Shown here piece after piece: positions 17,327 through 22,547 of a stretch of 22,547 nt of DNA. The first letter of the stretch is position 1, and every line of letters starts with the position of its first letter. The DNA is from a virus: positions 1 to 22,547 of the IMG/VR virus record IMGVR_UViG_3300045988_137427. The stretch is one strand, 5' to 3'. The position numbers and the translations under genes were made by a program. The notes beneath the pieces are model-generated. The model did no database searches. It was not told the origin of the DNA and saw nothing but the letters and a program-made list of their open reading frames with translations.

Positions 17327-18978
17327 TGGCTACAAGTTGCAGTATTGGCCTTGTTGACGGCGGTAGGTATCCGCTAAATACCGGAACACTTTATGCTTCT
17401 CGGTGTAATTATGAAGCGTCGCTTTCTTATTCCCAAGTAATCAAGGATGATGGAAAATATATTCGTGTAGTTATCAGCGGAAATTATAGCGTGAGCTATC
17501 ACCAATTATCCGGCTACACAATGAAAGCGCCTAACAATTATTCTTTTATTGTTTAGGATGTAAGTAGCAACCGATATGATAGCGCCGAGCACTCCATTGT
17601 AAATGGTTCTTATGTATATGAGTATAAGTATAATGTGCTATCTGCGCTAAATTTCAAATATCGTATCTATGCGTGGTGTCAATGTGTCCCGCAGTATGTA
17701 GGTAAAGAACAAACAGAATATCTTGAATGTGTTCCATCTACTACTATCGGTGTAAGCGCTATCTCTGCGGTTGGCGCGGATATTGGTAAGACTGTAAATA
17801 TCAATATTGTTGCTATGGATGATAGCTACACCAATAATCTCTCCTACAAAGTGGGAGAAACTATTACCACTATTGCGGAAGGTATTGGCGGCGGCACTGT
17901 TCAATGGACTATTCCCACTTCTCTATTCAATTCATTAGGAGCTACAGATAAGAGTATTCCTATTCGCCTCATTGTTGAGACGTTTGCTTCTAATGGTGTG
18001 AGCTTAGGGCAAGATATAGTAGATATTGCGGGCTATGCTTCGGAAGCTGATTGTAAGCCGACGCTGAACCCCGTATTCACCATTACGAACCCTCAAACCG
18101 CGCTCACAGGCAACAGCTCAACAGCAATTGTGGGGTATGATACGGTTTCAGTAGCCATAAATCCGCAAACAAAATATAATGCTACGCGCAAAGTGCTATC
18201 TGCGAAGCACGGCAGCGTAATAGTGGAGAATAGCACCACTCCAACATTCAATGTTGTAAATGATAGCTTCCAATTTTCTATTACGGATAGCCGTGGATAT
18301 TCTACTACCCAAACCGCCACTATTCCGTTGGTGTAGTGGTTCAAGCCGACAATCTCAATGACGGCAACAAATCCAGATGCAACCACCAACAAAAGCACTA
18401 TCACCATCAAAGGCACATTCTTCAATTCAACCTTTGGCGCTGAAAATAATACCGTAGCTATCAAAGTTCGTTGGAAAGAGGGAAATGGAACATACAGCGA
18501 TTGGGTAGACGCAACAGCTACAATCAAAAATAATTCCGTGAACGCTACCTATGAGGCGACACTTGATTATACAAAGCAATGGACTATTCAAGCTTCAATT
18601 ACAGACAAGCTCACCACCGTCCTCTCCAAAGAAGCTATAGTCATTACCCTACCGGTGTTCGATTGGAGCAAGTCAGACTTCAACTTCAATGTGCCGGTTG
18701 TTGTTCAAAACACTTGGAATGGACTTATGACAAAATCTCCAAATGGAATGTTGAGTGGTTTGCGCGCCGAAAATACTACTACTGGAAATGCTATGTTTGT
18801 AGGATATGAAAGTGATGGTATAACACACGGAATATATTCCTATGCACAAGATACTTGGCTAATTCAAAGTGATGGAACTAACTGCTATATATGTGGTGAT
18901 AAGGTTCGTAAAATTTCCTCTGGAACGTCTGAACCTTCCGGTGGCTCTGATGGGGATATTTATTTCAAATATTCATAA
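17326..18978 (+). CDS. Tail fibre / receptor-binding candidate (DUF859-like by memory); 2 in-frame TAGs
   Basis: ATG 17326 overlaps the previous TAA. Track ORFs 17326..17556, 17635..18336 and 18358..18978 are all in frame 1, joined by TAG 17554 and 18334. Confidence 0.7.
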
Positions 18979-18990
18979 GAGGTGAGATGA

Positions 18991-19890
18991 ATGGGAACTT
19001 GGACAACAACAGCCCCAACTCTTCCTTCTGGTGCATAGTGGCTACAAGGTAAAACAATAGCTGGTAGTTCAAACCATTGGACAATAAGTGGCACTATTTA
19101 TATTGCCTCGATGGGCTCCAACCAATTTGCCGTGCGTATGGCGATGTGGAACGGAAATGGCTCATATGGAACTTACTATCCTCCAAGTAAGTGGAATTTG
19201 ACTTGCCAAGGTAATACAACTACCCAATTCTCTGTATCAAAAGGAAGATAGACTTTTTACTATATTGGGGAAGCAACCGCGGGCACATCAATTACCACGT
19301 CCTTCAATCAAGGTGATAGTGCAATCGCGCAACAAAAGGTAGTTTAGACTGTCCCAACTGGACAAGAGCCTAAAGCCATTTGGACAAACTCCGCTCCAAC
19401 TCTCCCACAAGATAGCGCCTATGAGCAAAATAAAACTTTTTCCGGTGGTTCAAACCATTGGGCAATGAGCGGTAGCGCTTCTATTGCACGTTTAGATGGA
19501 AATCAATTTGTTATAAAATTAGTTGCAACAAGCTCTAACGGCTCGTATGGAACTTATTATGCCCCAAATGATTGGATGTTGCGTTGTGATGTTGGAGATA
19601 GCGTAGGTGGATGGGATACTTCTTTTAGTATGACTAAAGGAACATCTACATATTACTATATTGGAGAAGCTTCACCCAATACTACTATCAAAGTATACGT
19701 CAACGGTGCTGGTGGAACTGGAAGCGCTGTAGCAACGCAAACTATGACTTTTACCGCGCCAGCCTCCTTAGCAATTTTGGTATATGTGAATGTAAATGGA
19801 ACTTGGAAACAGGCTACTCCTTGGGTGAATATAGGGGGAACTTGGAAACAAGTTGTTCCGTATATAAATAATGCGGGCACTTGGAAATAA
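18991..19890 (+). CDS. Tail-associated protein with an internal ~125-aa duplication and C-terminal GTWK repeats; 3 in-frame TAGs
   Basis: GAGGTGA then ATG 18991. Frame 1 is open to TAA, with TAG 19036, 19249 and 19345. Repeats are GTWTTTAPTLPSGA..SSNHWTISG..GSYGTYYPPSKW..FYYIGEA versus IWTNSAPTLPQDSA..GSNHWAMSG..GSYGTYYAPNDW..YYYIGEA. Confidence 0.7.
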
Positions 19891-19907
19891 ACGATGGAGG
19901 TAATCTA

Positions 19908-20132
19908 ATGGACTTTCAACCGATTGTTGAAGTAGTGCTACAGTAGGGTATTTGGTGTGCCCTCTTTGTATGGCTCTTCTACATCAATAAGAAAGAAGCT
20001 ACCGCGCGCGAGGAACGTTTGAACGGCATTGTGGATGAGCAGAAAGAAACACTAAAGGAAATCTCTCAATCTCTCATTCTACTCAATGAGCGCATTGAGA
20101 AGGTAGAAGAGAAAATTTTAGGCAATGACTAA
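19908..20132 (+). CDS. BhlA/UviB-family holin-like protein; 1 in-frame TAG
   Basis: GGAGG then ATG 19908. TAG 19944-19946 is codon 13. VVLQ[TAG]GIWCALFVWLFYINKKE followed by a charged helix matches the remembered BhlA pattern (..TQGPFAVLFCWLLFY..). Stop is TAA. Confidence 0.7.
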
Positions 20133-20137
20133 AAGAA

Positions 20138-20159
20138 GGGATAGGCTACGGCCTATCCC
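20138..20159. terminator. Bidirectional terminator hairpin GGGATAGGC-TACG-GCCTATCCC between holin (+) and integrase (-)
   Basis: 9-bp perfect stem with a T-rich flank (TTTCTC) on the + side. Located between convergent genes. Confidence 0.7.
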
Positions 20160-20166
20160 TTTCTCA

Positions 20167-21138
20167 TTATCTTACCTTTTTGGTTCTCTCATATTTCTTT
20201 TTGGCTTTGTCTAATGGGTTGAACTCGTTTATATCCTCACTCAAATCATTACCATAGAGCTTGACATAGTTCTTCGTCATATCAAGCGTAGAATGTCCAA
20301 GCAATTTCTGTAGCTTGAAGGGGGAACCATCGGCTAAAATCCATTCCCGCGCGAAAGTATGCCGGATACCGTGAAGGGAAGTTTTATCTACCCCGCGCTT
20401 ATGGGAGTAAGTAGCGTATGCTTTGCGGATAGCGTTTCCACTAAGTTTTTCACCCGAAATACTACAAAACAGATAATCACTTGCGCGGGCGTCGCTTCTC
20501 CACATTTTGATGTATTCGCGCAAAACAGAAGCAAGAGCATTTGAGATTGGAATTACTTGAGGCTTTTTGTTCTTAGTGTGGGTGTAGACAATACGCTTGC
20601 TTTTCAAGTCTACTGTGCCTACAGCCAAATTACAGATAGTATCTTCTCTCGCGCCAGTAGCATAGATGAAGTTTACAATAGCCCACATACGCCATTCAAC
20701 AAATTCATCTTTGTGAATGGGCTTGCGCAAGAGCAAATCCATTTCTTCTTTAGAGTAGTCTTTGGGAAGCTCTTCCTGTGTTTTGGTGAGCTGAACTTTT
20801 AGCTTTCCGGTGATATATCCTTTATTCTTACACCAGTTTACGAACGTCCGCATATCTCTTAGATAATGGTTGATAGACTGCGGGCGAATACCATCACTCT
20901 TTAGCGCGGCCATCCATTCAAAGATAGTATCTTCTGTGAGTTCAGAACAAAGAAAAGTATCTCCATCAATTTCACCTTCAAAGGACTGGAGAAAGCGCTG
21001 ATAAGACTTCTGATAGCTTTCTACTGTTGCCGCTGAACGCTGGAGCGCTTCTTTCTCAATAATGAACTTGTTGAAAGCGTCCTCCAAGCAAACGCCGACA
21101 GGATTAGAAGCTCGCCGAATTTTTTTAGGAACACCCAT
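20167..21138 (-). CDS. int: Tyrosine recombinase / phage integrase; TAG-free
   Basis: 323 aa uninterrupted. C-terminal catalytic pattern HGIRHTFAREW...LLGHSTLDMTKNYVKLY (R..H-x-x-R..H..Y). N-terminal SAM-like core-binding region. Stop is TAA. Confidence 0.9.
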   Translation of the reverse strand: MGVPKKIRRASNPVGVCLEDAFNKFIIEKEALQRSAATVESYQKSYQRFLQSFEGEIDGDTFLCSELTEDTIFEWMAALKSDGIRPQSINHYLRDMRTFVNWCKNKGYITGKLKVQLTKTQEELPKDYSKEEMDLLLRKPIHKDEFVEWRMWAIVNFIYATGAREDTICNLAVGTVDLKSKRIVYTHTKNKKPQVIPISNALASVLREYIKMWRSDARASDYLFCSISGEKLSGNAIRKAYATYSHKRGVDKTSLHGIRHTFAREWILADGSPFKLQKLLGHSTLDMTKNYVKLYGNDLSEDINEFNPLDKAKKKYERTKKVR

Positions 21139-21175
21139 TTTTATACCCCCAAAAGTTCAGTTTTTGGAGTTGAAG

Positions 21176-21189
21176 CACAAATCACCTTG
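21176..21189 (-). repeat. GGTGATTT(T)G motif copy (CAAGGTGATTTGTG on the - strand); candidate integrase arm site or operator
   Basis: The same core occurs at 21224..21237 (-) and 21404..21415 (+), flanking the tRNA-like fragment. Confidence 0.45.
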
Positions 21190-21223
21190 TCTAAAATTAG
21201 CTCAAAGATTTTACTCTAACCTG

Positions 21224-21237
21224 ACAAAATCACCGTG
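21224..21237 (-). repeat. GGTGATTTTG motif copy (CACGGTGATTTTGT on the - strand)
   Basis: Forms an inverted repeat with 21401..21417 (AAAATCACCGTGCCCG versus CGGGCGCGGTGATTTT). Confidence 0.45.
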
Positions 21238-21251
21238 CCCGTTTGTTTAGT

Positions 21252-21291
21252 AAAAAAACCGCAAAACCATTGGAAATCAATGACTTTACGG
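21252..21291 (-). terminator. Rho-independent terminator on the - strand, just downstream of the tRNA-like fragment
   Basis: The - strand reads CCGTAAAGTCATTG-ATTTC-CAATGGTTTTGCGG, a 14-bp stem including G-U pairs, followed by TTTTTTT. Confidence 0.65.
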
Positions 21292-21319
21292 CTAAACAAG
21301 CATACAAAAGGCGCTGCCT

Positions 21320-21360
21320 TGATTACGAATCAGCTGCACTACCGACTGTGCTATGCCAGC
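21320..21360 (-). other. 5' two-thirds of a tRNA-Thr(CGU)-like gene (positions 1 to ~41); candidate attP core
   Basis: The - strand reads GCTGGCA TA GCAC AGTCGGTA GTGC A GCTGA TTCGTAA TCA. It has U8, A14, G18G19, U33 and anticodon CGT. No complementary 3' anticodon-stem strand, T-arm or 3' acceptor strand follows. Confidence 0.6.
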
Positions 21361-21400
21361 GTAATTTTTCTTGATTTTTCAAGGGTTTTTGACTGCCGGG

Positions 21401-21417
21401 CGCGGTGATTTTTTGCG
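21401..21417 (+). repeat. GGTGATTTTTTG motif copy on the + strand
   Basis: CGCGGTGATTTTTTGCG. Third copy of the motif, on the other side of the tRNA-like core. Confidence 0.45.
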
Positions 21418-21454
21418 AGCCGGGGAGTTGATTTGCTCTTTCAACGCCTCAAGT

Positions 21455-21483
21455 AATTTATCACGGAAATGTTCATATGTCAA
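21455..21483 (-). promoter_or_regulatory. Sigma-70-type promoter on the - strand (TTGACA-17-TAAATT) pointing at the tRNA-like fragment and integrase
   Basis: Reverse complement of 21478-21483 is TTGACA. The spacer is 17 nt. Reverse complement of 21455-21460 is TAAATT. Confidence 0.6.
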
Positions 21484-21653
21484 GAAGTTTTGTGGTTAGA
21501 ATTTTTTTCTTGGATGTAGCCTATGTTTGAGTGGTTTTTATGGTGCCCGCGCCAAGCGATTAGAACGGGCATACAAGAGGCTTTTGTTTTCAGAATACAA
21601 AGATACTATTGAAGTGCAAAAGACGCTATAAGGCGCGCACAGAGCCCCAGAAT

Positions 21654-21682
21654 TTGAATTACTCTAAAATCTGCGGTATAAT
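21654..21682 (+). promoter_or_regulatory. Sigma-70-type promoter TTGAAT-17-TATAAT for the 65-aa gene
   Basis: TTGAAT at 21654-21659, a 17-nt spacer, then TATAAT at 21677-21682, about 34 nt upstream of ATG 21716. Confidence 0.7.
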
Positions 21683-21715
21683 ATATATAGAAAATAAAGA
21701 AAGGAATTGAGTTCT

Positions 21716-21913
21716 ATGAGAAGTAAAACTACTTTTACCTTTGAGGATGAAACAACATATAAGTCTTTTCTTGCGGCCTTGGGCTATCTGGGCTTTATGG
21801 AGAGCTGGCAGGAGGGCAAAAGCTACATCGTAGAGATTGATGATGCTCTTGTGTGGCTGGATGATAAAGCCCGCGATAGACTTGCGGATTGGGCAGAAGA
21901 GCACGATGTATAA
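21716..21913 (+). CDS. Small acidic hypothetical protein (moron-like unit); TAG-free
   Basis: AAAGGAA then ATG 21716 (the track ORF starts at TTG 21707). 65 aa. Has its own promoter and terminator. No recognisable family. Confidence 0.6.
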   Translation: MRSKTTFTFEDETTYKSFLAALGYLGFMESWQEGKSYIVEIDDALVWLDDKARDRLADWAEEHDV

Positions 21914-21919
21914 GAAAAA

Positions 21920-21942
21920 GAGGTAGGCATATAGCCTACCTC
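21920..21942. terminator. Bidirectional terminator hairpin GAGGTAGGC-ATATA-GCCTACCTC between convergent genes
   Basis: 9-bp perfect stem. TTTCT follows on the + side and an A-rich stretch precedes it. Confidence 0.7.
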
Positions 21943-21961
21943 TTTCTATAGCTTCAATGAC

Positions 21962-22306
21962 TTACTTTCCGTATTTCCGCAAAAGGCTCTCTGCCCAAGT
22001 CTCTTTATGCGCCGTGCCCTTGACGATAGAGGGGAAGAACTTCTTGGCAAACTCCGCGCGGACACTGACGAACGGGTTGGCTTGCTCAACCACTTTCTTT
22101 TCTCCGTCCTTACCCTTTTCAAATTGCACTTTTTTGGTAGCTACACCAATGAGCCATTCAATTTCGTTGTGCGCCACACAGTAGTTCTCAATGAACTCTT
22201 GGCAGATGTCGCTTATCTGCGTGGGGATGAAGTCTGCGTCAATGCGGTATTGAGTGGAAACCTCTTCGCCCTTGGACTTGTGGGTTTTTGTAATGAATTG
22301 CGCCAT
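21962..22306 (-). CDS. Hypothetical 114-aa protein on the lysogeny/early side; TAG-free
   Basis: Strong RBS (AAAGAGGAGG) 7 nt upstream of the ATG on the - strand. Uninterrupted, with a TAA stop. Divergent from the first + strand gene across the circle junction. No family recognised. Confidence 0.65.
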   Translation of the reverse strand: MAQFITKTHKSKGEEVSTQYRIDADFIPTQISDICQEFIENYCVAHNEIEWLIGVATKKVQFEKGKDGEKKVVEQANPFVSVRAEFAKKFFPSIVKGTAHKETWAESLLRKYGK

Positions 22307-22472
22307 AGGGATGCCTCCTCTTTAGTTTGTGAGTATAGGATACTACTACTTTGCGGCGGGCGCAAGAATTAGTTAGATATTCATAGATGTATACCAATGG
22401 GGGATGGTGCTTTTGGGCATATTCACAAAGAGAAAACGAAATTTTCAATTTGGAAATTTTGGAAAATGTAGT

Positions 22473-22547
22473 ATTTTTTTTCGGAAGCAAAATATAAAAA
22501 GTCTACTTATATATAGACGAGAGCGAAGGAAGAATAGCTACCTTCCC
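22473..22547. repeat. Terminal direct repeat, copy 2 (identical to 1..75)
   Basis: Exact 75-nt match to the window start. Confidence 0.9.

Noticed and set aside
156-20132. TAG decoded as pyrrolysine, or TAG as a selenocysteine-like recoding
   Set aside because: No pylT/pylS/pylBCD genes or downstream stimulatory elements are present. TAG is far too frequent and too widely distributed. The remembered homolog motifs place Gln at these positions.
21320-21360. tRNA-like sequence as the missing amber suppressor tRNA
   Set aside because: The anticodon is CGT (Thr), not CTA. The sequence lacks the 3' anticodon-stem strand, T-arm and 3' acceptor strand. It is better explained as an attP core.
21469-21609. 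Small plus-strand ORF (about 46 codons, one TAG; MFICQEVLWLEFFSWM..) in the int-proximal intergenic region
   Set aside because: It has no convincing RBS, it overlaps the minus-strand promoter, and its composition is odd. I could not support it as a gene.

Overview
The window looks like a complete, circularly closed genome of a small temperate siphovirus-like phage. Bases 1-75 are identical to 22473-22547, giving a unit length of about 22,472 bp. Strong AGGAGG-type Shine-Dalgarno sites, canonical sigma-70 promoters, and PBSX-type terminase, SPP1-type portal and BhlA-type holin-like genes suggest a Firmicutes-like host (inference).

The main observation is that the standard-code ORF track is fragmented only because of in-frame TAG codons. 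By hand count, 39 in-frame TAGs interrupt 19 of 28 genes. Every interruption is a TAG, never TAA or TGA. The neighbouring fragments are always in the same frame, and only the first fragment has an RBS. All 28 genes end in TAA or TGA. Reading TAG as a sense codon restores a normal module order: regulator/replication gene, endolysin, structured non-coding region, nuclease, TerS, TerL, fibre-like insert, portal, MuF, scaffold, major capsid, head-tail joining genes, major tail protein, frameshifted chaperone, tape measure, tail tip and fibre genes, holin, integrase with an attP-like region, and two small accessory genes. Coding density becomes about 92%. Where I remember conserved motifs, the TAG sits opposite Gln, so the code is probably code-15-like.

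I found no suppressor tRNA and no release-factor gene. The integrase and the two adjacent accessory genes contain no TAG, whereas both lysis genes have a TAG near their 5' ends.

Other items of interest:
- a MuF protein with a TAG-gated C-terminal extra domain
- a repeated non-sigma-70 promoter-like element in three places
- a roughly 230-nt structured CU-rich non-coding region
- a 5' fragment of a tRNA-Thr(CGU)-like gene with its own promoter and terminator next to the integrase

All family assignments come from reading the translations and recalling motifs. No searches were run.
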